A DNA stretch of 64,000 nucleotides. It comes from Draconibacterium orientale. GTDB taxonomy: Bacteria; Bacteroidota; Bacteroidia; Bacteroidales; UBA1556. The notes beneath the pieces are model-generated. The model was not told the DNA's origin. It ran no database searches and saw only the letters and a program-made list of their open reading frames with translations. Both the position numbers and the translations under genes were made by a program. Of the stretch, positions 55,659-64,000 are shown piece by piece. The stretch is taken from assembly GCA_020718275.1 (NCBI GenBank), contig DYSI01000003.1, forward strand, positions 15,681-79,680, given 5' to 3'. How positions within the stretch are numbered: position 1 is the stretch's first letter; the number at the start of each line of letters is the position of its first letter.

Positions 55659-55740
55659 GGCTAAATCATGCTTGTTTGGGTAATGTTTTTTTTGAAAGGT
55701 AAAAATCATTGAAATACAAATAAGGTGGCGAGAAATACCA

Positions 55741-55775
55741 AAAAAAATAAGGCTGCTCTCATCAGAAAGCAGCCT
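55741..55775 (-). terminator. Terminator of the small T9SS gene
   Basis: AGGCTGCT...AGCAGCCT hairpin with an A-run. Confidence 0.65.
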
Positions 55776-55799
55776 CCCAGTATTTAAAAACCTACGATA

Positions 55800-56531
55800 C
55801 TAATGCTGAATTATTAATTTTTTGGAGGAAACTTTCTTATCATCAACTATGATATTGTAAAAATAAACGCCACTTTTTAAAGTTGAAACATCAAAGGTTT
55901 GCTTAGATTCACTATTGATTAATACTTGGCTTAAAAGCAGTGATCCAGTTACATTAAGCACTTCAATACGGGCGGTTTGAGAATCAGCAAATTTATAATC
56001 CAGATTGAAAACTTGGTTTGCTGGATTAGGGTATGCGTTACTTATTTTATAAGTTGATTTTAGATCTTTGGCACTTAATCCGCTGCCAGCATGATATTCA
56101 ATAATTACGGATATTGTATCTGAGGGATTATTTACATCGAAGAAAGTATATCTTACAGCTGATTTACCTGCGTTATTATGGGATTCGTAATCACCAAGAA
56201 AAGCTTTTGCGGTCGCTTTAGAATCAATACGAATGGAGTCAGGAGAAAGGGTTGTTTCGGGAGGGTAGCATTCGAACCAACAAAAAGTATCAAATGCTCC
56301 ATTAACAAGATTTATTACAGTTTTGCGCGCTTTTACGTCCTTATAAACGAGTGCATTATTGGTTATCCAAACATTTACAGAAAATGATGCATCGGCATTG
56401 GTGTTAACTACCGTGACTGTGTCGCCATTATTCAAGGCTAATCCGTTTGGTAAGCTTAAAGAAAAGGTTTGTGCTGATAAGCTAAAGCTTATTAGTAATA
56501 TTAGTATCAGACTGAGAAAAATTCGTTTCAT
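55800..56531 (-). CDS. Small T9SS type A cargo protein with a CWFEC motif
   Basis: Signal peptide ending LSA-Q, Ig-like domain containing FCWFECY, CTD AYPNPAN...SGVYFY...KKLII. Confidence 0.85.
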   Translation of the reverse strand: MKRIFLSLILILLISFSLSAQTFSLSLPNGLALNNGDTVTVVNTNADASFSVNVWITNNALVYKDVKARKTVINLVNGAFDTFCWFECYPPETTLSPDSIRIDSKATAKAFLGDYESHNNAGKSAVRYTFFDVNNPSDTISVIIEYHAGSGLSAKDLKSTYKISNAYPNPANQVFNLDYKFADSQTARIEVLNVTGSLLLSQVLINSESKQTFDVSTLKSGVYFYNIIVDDKKVSSKKLIIQH

Positions 56532-56737
56532 GTAAAATGTACTTGGGTTTAATATTAAATACAAAGGTAAACAAGTTTTTTAGTTTATCATCATATATGG
56601 CTTGATAGAGATTTAAAAAACGTTAAGAACTTCAAATTTTCTTTTTTTTTCGGCTATAGTTATAAAATCAAACTAATCTGTTTGAATCGAAACAATGCAA
56701 AATTCTGAAAAGTATAAAGCTAACAATAGAAAGGGAG

Positions 56738-56770
56738 AAAAAAAAAGGTTGCCGACAAGGCAACCTTTTT
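56738..56770 (-). terminator. Terminator of the Omp28-related gene
   Basis: AAAAAGGTTGCC-GACAA-GGCAACCTTTTT. Confidence 0.8.
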
Positions 56771-56790
56771 AAAAGGATTCTTAAGTGAAC

Positions 56791-58824
56791 TTAGTTGATA
56801 GTAAGTTTCTTAGTGATGGTTTGGTTGTTGATTTGAATTTGGATAGTATATAATCCTTGTGCAAGTTCAGCAACATTAATGCTTTGATTTTGAGCACCTG
56901 CTACCATAAGACCTAAATTCTCATTAGCAACGGTTTGTCCTAGGCTGTTGATGATAACGTAAGTAACGTTTGCATTTTCAGCAAGTTCTAATGATAAATT
57001 TAATTGCTCGTTTGCAGGATTTGGATAAATACTAGCAGCATTGGTTTCTACACTTGTTTGGATGCCAATATTGGTATTGTTGTAAATATTGATATTGTCG
57101 ATATAAAGATTATTGCCATAAGCTGAAATAGCTTTGAAAGAAAGTATCACTTCTGATTTTCCATTGAATGCACTCATGTCAACATTAGCAGTAGCCCAAT
57201 GATTAGCTTCAGGGAAGAAATTGCCAGAAGATACAGCAGGTGAAGTAGCTAAGTCAGCTCCAGCTTTGTCCCAAAGGGTAGTCCATGTGGCACCACAATC
57301 TTCAGAAGCGAGCACTTGTAATCTATCATCTTCGTTAGAATATTGTGCGTAAGCATAATCAAATTTCACTCCAGAGGCAGTATTGCTTGCAAAGTTCAAT
57401 TTGTGAAACATAATTTGAACTGTATTACCAGTATTGATGTTATAAAAGTTAACCAGATAACTTGATAAAGAAGCTGCATAAGCGCCTAAATCAGTAGTTA
57501 AACCAGAAACGCCAGCTTTAGTAAGGGTAAAAGCAGGTTCTTGCGTAGGATTTACAATAATACTATTATCAATTTCAGCGGTATAGTCAGCATAGGATTC
57601 AAAATCTTCGGTGTAAATGGTTGCAAATGGAGTTGCAGGCATCACTAAGAATACGGGAGTTGCGGAAATATTATTTCCAGTTAGAATATCTAAAAGGTGA
57701 GTAACATTAGTTAAGTTTACATTGTACTCGATGGTGTTTGAAGCGGCAGACAGTGAAATGGCAGGGAAAGTAACGGTAGTTGTATTACCGCCCAATAATG
57801 GGGTAGTAACTTGTTGCACCACTGGAGTTCCACCATTGTAGGTATATTGAACATAGAAAGTATCTGCAATTACATTGGAGGTGTTGTTTTTGATGGTAAC
57901 AGAAGGAACAACTGTGTTATCGCACATGGCAGGAATAGTAGTATTATCAGTAGCTTGCATGTCGATGATGCTTACTCCAGCAGGAATTACATAATTCATA
58001 GATGAAATATTTCCAGTTACAATTTCTTGGGTATTCTCGGCGATGAAAGCGATTACTTCAAGATTGCCAAGTGACACAGGAACACCATTGATGTTGGCAG
58101 GAATTTGCCAAGTATAGGTTCTGCTAAAGAAAGTAGATTGTGAGGTAGTATCAATTTGAGCGCCAAATTGACCTGTAATTAAATGACGAAGCATGTGCAT
58201 GTGATTGTATAATCCACTAGGCATAACTTGGCTTGGGTTGCTTGAGCCACCAGTTTGAGGACCTGTCACATTGTTTTGGCTTACAGCCACATTTAATTTC
58301 ATACTGCTGGGGGCGCCTGTACCTGTAAAATATCCTTCAACTAAAACAGTCATTTCGCGTGTGCTAAGATTGATAGTGGTAGCAGCAGCAATGTTTACAT
58401 AAGAAGGTTTGCTAATTACAGTGTCAACGGCATCAGCCCAATGGCTTCTACTCATGGCAGTTCCAGGAGTTGTGGTGCTTTGTGACCAACCAGAAAATAA
58501 ATGACGATTTACAGTACCTGCAGGATAACCAGCCAAACTAGTTTGTGCTTCGATAGCAGTTCCAAAACTAGTTCTGAAGTCAGGCTCACCAGCAGCGGGT
58601 GTGGCAAAACTACCCACATGAATATTTATTGCAAAATAATCATTTGGATTTGCAGTTTGAATGTTGTTGGAAATTAAGTGGCCGTCTGGGCAATAGGTGC
58701 AATGAATTCCAGTGAATTCTTCCAAAATAGCATTTCTGTTTTCAGCAGTGGTACTCACAATGGTTTGAGCAATCATGCTGAAACTTGCAATTACCGTTAA
58801 AAAGGATAGGAAAAGTTTTTTCAT
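56791..58824 (-). CDS. Omp28-related thioredoxin-fold protein with T9SS CTD
   Basis: Signal peptide, LEEFTGIHCTYCPDGH, GYPAGTVNR, HMHMLR, GNNLYIDNI adhesin-like domain, IYPNPAN...KKLTI CTD. Confidence 0.88.
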   Translation of the reverse strand: MKKLFLSFLTVIASFSMIAQTIVSTTAENRNAILEEFTGIHCTYCPDGHLISNNIQTANPNDYFAINIHVGSFATPAAGEPDFRTSFGTAIEAQTSLAGYPAGTVNRHLFSGWSQSTTTPGTAMSRSHWADAVDTVISKPSYVNIAAATTINLSTREMTVLVEGYFTGTGAPSSMKLNVAVSQNNVTGPQTGGSSNPSQVMPSGLYNHMHMLRHLITGQFGAQIDTTSQSTFFSRTYTWQIPANINGVPVSLGNLEVIAFIAENTQEIVTGNISSMNYVIPAGVSIIDMQATDNTTIPAMCDNTVVPSVTIKNNTSNVIADTFYVQYTYNGGTPVVQQVTTPLLGGNTTTVTFPAISLSAASNTIEYNVNLTNVTHLLDILTGNNISATPVFLVMPATPFATIYTEDFESYADYTAEIDNSIIVNPTQEPAFTLTKAGVSGLTTDLGAYAASLSSYLVNFYNINTGNTVQIMFHKLNFASNTASGVKFDYAYAQYSNEDDRLQVLASEDCGATWTTLWDKAGADLATSPAVSSGNFFPEANHWATANVDMSAFNGKSEVILSFKAISAYGNNLYIDNINIYNNTNIGIQTSVETNAASIYPNPANEQLNLSLELAENANVTYVIINSLGQTVANENLGLMVAGAQNQSINVAELAQGLYTIQIQINNQTITKKLTIN

Positions 58825-59064
58825 GGTTTATTAGAATTTGATTAGTAAATGTTTGAGGCGCGAAAATAATTAATTATGCGATATATGTTTATTTTTTTTC
58901 ATTTGGCAATGATTTTTAAAAATATAACAAAATAATCGTTTGGCAACCTTTTTGTTAGTAATGGCATGGTTAAATTTTATTATTTTTGCCTGTTTTTCAC
59001 ACAACACACCACTTTAAAGAATACTTAGTTTAGATATCATAATTATCAATTTAAATTACAATAA

Positions 59065-59586
59065 ATGAAGGTTTTACATTGGATTACCATGATGATTTTC
59101 TTAACACTTTTCGGGTCTTTTACCGCTGATCAAAAAAGTCCAATTCCATCTGTTGATGTCAAAAGTTTAGATGGAAAAATTATTAACACCTCTAGTTTTC
59201 AAAACGATGGTAATCCAATTATCATAAGTTTTTGGGCAACTTGGTGCAAGCCATGTATTCAAGAATTAACCACCATTAGCGAGGTATATCCTGAGTGGCA
59301 AGAAGAGACTGGGGTGAAACTAATCGCTATTTCTGTAGACAATTCGCGTACTTCAAATGCGGTGCTCCCTTTAGTAAATGGCAAAGCTTGGGATTATGAA
59401 GTTTATTTAGATGAGAATAGTGATTTCAAGCGTGCAATGGGGGTGAATGTGGTGCCTCATACTTTTTTGGTGAATGGAAAAGGGGAAATAGTATGGCAGC
59501 ATACCTCTTTCACCGAAGGTTCTGAATTGGAGCTAATTGCCCTCGTTCGTAAGCTCAAGAATGGTGAAGAGATCCCTAGTCACTAA
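59065..59586 (+). CDS. TlpA-family disulfide reductase
   Basis: N-terminal signal/anchor, FWATWCKPC, VPHTF cis-Pro. Confidence 0.92.
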   Translation: MKVLHWITMMIFLTLFGSFTADQKSPIPSVDVKSLDGKIINTSSFQNDGNPIIISFWATWCKPCIQELTTISEVYPEWQEETGVKLIAISVDNSRTSNAVLPLVNGKAWDYEVYLDENSDFKRAMGVNVVPHTFLVNGKGEIVWQHTSFTEGSELELIALVRKLKNGEEIPSH

Positions 59587-59617
59587 TGATTGTATTCAAT
59601 TAATTATCCGATAGCCG

Positions 59618-61264
59618 ATGAAATATATTTTACGATTTTCGCTACTTTTGTTTTTCCTACAAAGTTTTTTCTTTAATCTTTCAGCCCAGTTACTTGGTGG
59701 AGGCGAGGTGCATGGTAGTTTTCAAACCGATGGTCAGCTATACCAAAAAGACTCGGTGATAGGGGCTGAGTCGATTGCTGAGAAGGTTGCTTTTAACAGT
59801 TTCTTCGAGATGCGGTATATCAACAAGAATTTTGAAGCAGGCATGCGGTACGAATTGTTTATGCCACCCATGCAAGGCTATGATGTGCGCTGGAAAGGAG
59901 CTGGTTTTGCCAATAAATACGTTAGGTATAATGGTGAAAAATTGGAGGTAACCGCAGGTAATTTTTACGAACAGTTTGGTTCAGGGATGATTTTACGTTC
60001 TTACCAAGAATGGAATCTTGGTTTTGACAATGCCCTCAATGGAGTACGGGTAAAATATAAGCTTAAGGGTTTGACAATCACCGGTTTGGTAGCCAAACAA
60101 CGCTTCTACTGGGACTTAGGTCCAGGAACCATAAGAGGGGTAGATGCGCAAGTATCCTTGAACGAGGTGATTGACAAATTGAAAGATAAAAAGACGAGAA
60201 TTGGACTTGGTGGAAGCTTCGTGAGTCGTTATCAAACAGATCAAGATCCACTGTATGTATTGCCAGAAAATGTTGGCGCTTTTGCAGGTAGATTTGAAAT
60301 TTATAGAGCCGCCTTTAACATGAAGTTTGAAGCCAGTGGAAAAATAAATGACCCGAATGCTTCTAATAATATGATTTATAAAAATGGAAATGCCGCACTC
60401 CTCGAACTCGGGTATTCAAAGAAAGGCTTTGGGATGACCTTGCAAGCGGCTCGTGCTGATAATATGGATTTTCGCTCAAATCGTGCTTCCTCGGGTTTCG
60501 ATTTGCCAATAAGTTATATTCCAGCCATGACCGCTCAACATGCCTACAGCTTGGCGGCTATGTATCCTTATGCATCACAAGCCAATGGGCAAATGGGATT
60601 GCAGGCTAATATATTTTATAAAATTAAAAAGGGAAAAACCCTTGGCGGTAAATACGGGACTAATATCAATATTAATTATGCATTATCACAAAGCATTTAT
60701 AAACAAGCTATTAATGATTCAACTTATATCGGTCAAAATGGTACACTTGGTTATGAAACTGATCTATTTAAAATAGGTGAGGATCGCTATTATTCCGATT
60801 TTAACATTAAAGTACAGCGAAAACTTTCTAAGAAATGGGACGTTTCATTGATGTTTATGAATGTATTTTACAATATGCTTATCAACGAAGGCCACCAAGA
60901 AGCGGATGTGCATGCCAATATTGGAATTGCTGATATTTGGTGGAAATACAAACCATTTAATTCTTTACATTTTGAAATTCAAGAACTTGTGACTCAACAA
61001 GATCAAGGCAATTGGTCGTCCGTAATGATTGAATACAATCGCAAAGGTTTGTTTGCGGCGGTAATTGCGCTTTATAATCAAGGTATTTCTGGACAGTCTG
61101 ACCCCGTGCTTTACCCTTCGGTTACCACTGGTTATACGCAAGGTGCCAATCGTTTTTCGCTCAGTTATGGAAAACAGCGTGAAGGAATTCTCTGTGTTGG
61201 CGGTGTTTGTCGTGCAGTGCCTGCGGCCAATGGATTTTCAATTACAATCAATAGTAGTTTCTAA
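59618..61264 (+). CDS. DUF6029-family outer-membrane beta-barrel protein
   Basis: Signal peptide, GNFYEQFGSGMILR, amphipathic strands, C-terminal GKQREGILCVGGVCR...SSF. Confidence 0.82.
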   Translation: MKYILRFSLLLFFLQSFFFNLSAQLLGGGEVHGSFQTDGQLYQKDSVIGAESIAEKVAFNSFFEMRYINKNFEAGMRYELFMPPMQGYDVRWKGAGFANKYVRYNGEKLEVTAGNFYEQFGSGMILRSYQEWNLGFDNALNGVRVKYKLKGLTITGLVAKQRFYWDLGPGTIRGVDAQVSLNEVIDKLKDKKTRIGLGGSFVSRYQTDQDPLYVLPENVGAFAGRFEIYRAAFNMKFEASGKINDPNASNNMIYKNGNAALLELGYSKKGFGMTLQAARADNMDFRSNRASSGFDLPISYIPAMTAQHAYSLAAMYPYASQANGQMGLQANIFYKIKKGKTLGGKYGTNININYALSQSIYKQAINDSTYIGQNGTLGYETDLFKIGEDRYYSDFNIKVQRKLSKKWDVSLMFMNVFYNMLINEGHQEADVHANIGIADIWWKYKPFNSLHFEIQELVTQQDQGNWSSVMIEYNRKGLFAAVIALYNQGISGQSDPVLYPSVTTGYTQGANRFSLSYGKQREGILCVGGVCRAVPAANGFSITINSSF

Positions 61265-61276
61265 ATTTATATCATA

Positions 61277-62149
61277 ATGAAATCAAAACTCAATTTGCTT
61301 TTTCTTGGCTTCTTACTTTCGATCTTTGCATTAAGTTCATGCGATAAAGTTGAGCCTCCATATATGCTCAGCAATGGAAACATCATCAGCGGGGATACTG
61401 TTCGAAAAATATTTTTTGAAGATTATACTGGACACAAATGTCCGAATTGTCCTCAAGCACATAAGATTTTAGAGGACCTTAAGGTGGTTTATGGCGATCG
61501 GATTGTGGTTGTGGCCATTCATACTGGCTTTTTTTCAATGACAAGTTCAGCACCATGGGATTATGATTTCACCACCAGTGATGGTGAGGCTATCTCTGCC
61601 TTTTATGGCGCTAATTCGGTTGGGTTGCCCAAGGGAGTGGTGAATCGCAAAAAGGTAAATGGAAGTTATTTGATAGATAGAGCTGAATTTGCCACCGCAG
61701 TTAGCTTAGCTTTAGATTCAACGCCTTTATTGCCTGAAATTTACATTGAGTTAGACGGCACTTATCATAGCCTCGATAGTACTATTTCTGTGGAAGCAAA
61801 AATGACTGCCCTCTCGGATTTGCCATCTGGTAAATACAATATATCACTGATAGTTACCGAAAGTGAGATAGTTAAACCACAGAAAAACACCGATGCAAGT
61901 CTTGGAACCACGCCTGAGATTTTAGATTATCATCATGAACATGTTTATCGGGCGGCTATCAATAATCCATGGGGTGAGGAGTTTGCCAATTCTACTATAA
62001 GCAATGGTCAAACATTTCAAAAGAGCTATACGAATTTCAAAATTGGTGCCGATTGGAATCCAAGCCAATTGCACCTAGTAGCAGTAGTGTACTATGCAGA
62101 TGGAGCCAATGAAAAGCAAGTGATACAAGCGCAACAAATTGATTTGTAA
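61277..62149 (+). CDS. Omp28-family outer-membrane lipoprotein
   Basis: Lipobox LSSC-DKVE, FEDYTGHKCPNCP, GLPKGVVNR, YHHEHVYR. Confidence 0.88.
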   Translation: MKSKLNLLFLGFLLSIFALSSCDKVEPPYMLSNGNIISGDTVRKIFFEDYTGHKCPNCPQAHKILEDLKVVYGDRIVVVAIHTGFFSMTSSAPWDYDFTTSDGEAISAFYGANSVGLPKGVVNRKKVNGSYLIDRAEFATAVSLALDSTPLLPEIYIELDGTYHSLDSTISVEAKMTALSDLPSGKYNISLIVTESEIVKPQKNTDASLGTTPEILDYHHEHVYRAAINNPWGEEFANSTISNGQTFQKSYTNFKIGADWNPSQLHLVAVVYYADGANEKQVIQAQQIDL

Positions 62150-62265
62150 AATATTAAGTGTATTTTAATACTTCAATTTTTAACTCTTTTTTCGTTAATA
62201 AAAAAATGTTTTTGAATTTTTAGCATTTCATTGAAAGCGTAAATTTGCTCAAATTTTAGAATATT

Positions 62266-64000
62266 ATGTCAGAAGTGCAATATGATGAGGATAGTATAAA
62301 ATCGCTCGATTGGAAGGATCATATCCGACTTCGTCCTGGGATGTATATAGGGAAATTGGGAGATGGAGCTTCTCCTGATGATGGGATTTATGTTCTTATT
62401 AAGGAAGTAATCGATAATTCTGTCGATGAGTATGTGATGGGCAATGGTAAGCAGATTATGATTAGCATCCGCGATAAGGAGGTTAGCGTGCGTGACTATG
62501 GTCGTGGGATTCCCCTAGGAAAGTTGATTGATTGTGTTTCCAAAATAAATACTGGCGCTAAATATGATTCTAAAGTCTTTAAGAAAACGGTAGGCTTAAA
62601 CGGAGTTGGTACAAAAGCGGTAAACGCACTTTCAGAATTGTTTGTTGCACAAACATATAGGGACAACGAATCAAAGGTTGTTACTTTTCAGCATGGGCAT
62701 TTGATCAGCGAAGAAAATCTTAAAACGCCAGATGAGAAAAATGGAACGCTTATAAAATTTATTCCTGATGGCGAAATTTTCTCAGGTTTCAAGTTTAGAT
62801 TTGAATATATCGAGCGATTACTTTGGAATTATGCCTATTTGAATCGGTCGTTGATTCTTAATTTCAATAACCAAAAGATTCAATCCAAAAATGGATTATT
62901 TGATTTATTAGAGCATAATATTGATGATGAGATTTTGTATCCCATTATCCATCTCGAAGACGAAGATTTTGAATTTGCCTTTACCCATGCTTCCAAAAAA
63001 TATGGCGAAGAATATTATTCCTTTGTCAATGGGCAGCACACCACTCAAGGGGGAACTCATCAAGCGAGTTTTCGCGAGGCCATTGTTAAAACCTTAAGAG
63101 AGTTTTTTAAGAAAGATTTTGATCCAAGTGATATAAGAACTTCCTTAGTAGCTGCTTTAAGTATCAAAATTCAAGAGCCCGTCTTTGAATCGCAGACCAA
63201 AACCAAGCTTGGGTCGCAACATATAGAGCCAGATGGCCAGACGGTTAGAAATTATATCCACGAAATTGTAAAACAAAAATTAGATAACTTTCTTCATAAG
63301 AATCCAGAAATAGCCGAAGCCCTTCGTCGTAAAATACTCCAGTCGGAAAAGGAACGAAAGGATATGGCGAGCATCAAAAAGTTAGCTCGTGAAAGTGCTA
63401 AGAAGGCGAGTCTTCATAACAAAAAGCTACGCGACTGTCGAATTCACTATAATACTAATAAAGATGAGCGATTAGAGTCGACACTCTTTATTACAGAGGG
63501 CGATTCGGCCAGCGGCTCTATTACCAAATCAAGGGATGTAAATACACAAGCCGTCTTTAGTTTGAAGGGTAAACCATTGAATTGCTATGGTTTAACAAAG
63601 AAAATCGTATATGAAAATGAAGAGTTCAATCTCTTGCAAACGGCTTTGAACATTGAGGAAGATCTCGAAAATTTGCGGTATAATAATGTGGTTATTGCTA
63701 CCGATGCCGATACTGATGGAATGCACATCAGATTACTGTTGATGACTTTTTTCTTGCAATTTTATCCCGAATTAGTCAAAGCTGGGCATATTTATATCCT
63801 CCAAACGCCTTTGTTTAGGGTTCGCAATAAGAAGGAAACTTTCTACTGTTATAGCGACCAAGAGCGAGTTAATGCCATTAAAAAAGTAGGAGCGCAAGCG
63901 GAGATTACGCGCTTCAAAGGTTTAGGCGAAATATCGCCTGATGAGTTCAAGCATTTTATTGGCAAGAACATCCGATTAGATCCAGTTATTTTGAATAAAG
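62266..64000 (+). CDS. parE: DNA topoisomerase IV subunit B (3'-truncated by the window; absent from the ORF track)
   Basis: [69 protein letters not shown]. Confidence 0.93.
   Translation, partial: MSEVQYDEDSIKSLDWKDHIRLRPGMYIGKLGDGASPDDGIYVLIKEVIDNSVDEYVMGNGKQIMISIRDKEVSVRDYGRGIPLGKLIDCVSKINTGAKYDSKVFKKTVGLNGVGTKAVNALSELFVAQTYRDNESKVVTFQHGHLISEENLKTPDEKNGTLIKFIPDGEIFSGFKFRFEYIERLLWNYAYLNRSLILNFNNQKIQSKNGLFDLLEHNIDDEILYPIIHLEDEDFEFAFTHASKKYGEEYYSFVNGQHTTQGGTHQASFREAIVKTLREFFKKDFDPSDIRTSLVAALSIKIQEPVFESQTKTKLGSQHIEPDGQTVRNYIHEIVKQKLDNFLHKNPEIAEALRRKILQSEKERKDMASIKKLARESAKKASLHNKKLRDCRIHYNTNKDERLESTLFITEGDSASGSITKSRDVNTQAVFSLKGKPLNCYGLTKKIVYENEEFNLLQTALNIEEDLENLRYNNVVIATDADTDGMHIRLLLMTFFLQFYPELVKAGHIYILQTPLFRVRNKKETFYCYSDQERVNAIKKVGAQAEITRFKGLGEISPDEFKHFIGKNIRLDPVILNK

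Noticed and set aside
53316..62149. Selenocysteine recoding in the thioredoxin-fold proteins
   Set aside because: All redox motifs use Cys codons within uninterrupted ORFs

Overview
A 64-kb AT-rich chromosomal segment from a Bacteroidota bacterium, probably Bacteroidales-like, judged from TAnnTTTG -7 promoter motifs, T9SS C-terminal domains and a short sigmaA. Most of it is housekeeping: secA, mrp/nifU, nqrA-F with apbE, rpsF-rpsR-rplI, two PiT phosphate transporters, pyrG with cysteate synthase, degP-rpoD, hmgA-hppD-fahA, recA, rimO-ftsY-rpmG, metK and a 3'-truncated parE. A 5'-truncated giant T9SS surface protein opens the window. I saw no tRNA, rRNA, CRISPR array, prophage or transposase. 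The strongest candidate for an undescribed system is a five-gene envelope locus (55.8-62.1 kb): TlpA, a DUF6029 beta-barrel, an Omp28 lipoprotein and two T9SS cargo proteins. Each carries a close Cys pair, suggesting a thiol/disulfide relay across the outer membrane. Other notable items: an NqrM-like four-Cys protein next to apbE, a 71-bp MITE in two copies (one with a 9-bp TSD), an orphan roof-less GroES paired with a Trx-Grx fusion, and a SAM-II-like leader on metK. All family assignments come from motif recognition, not database searches.
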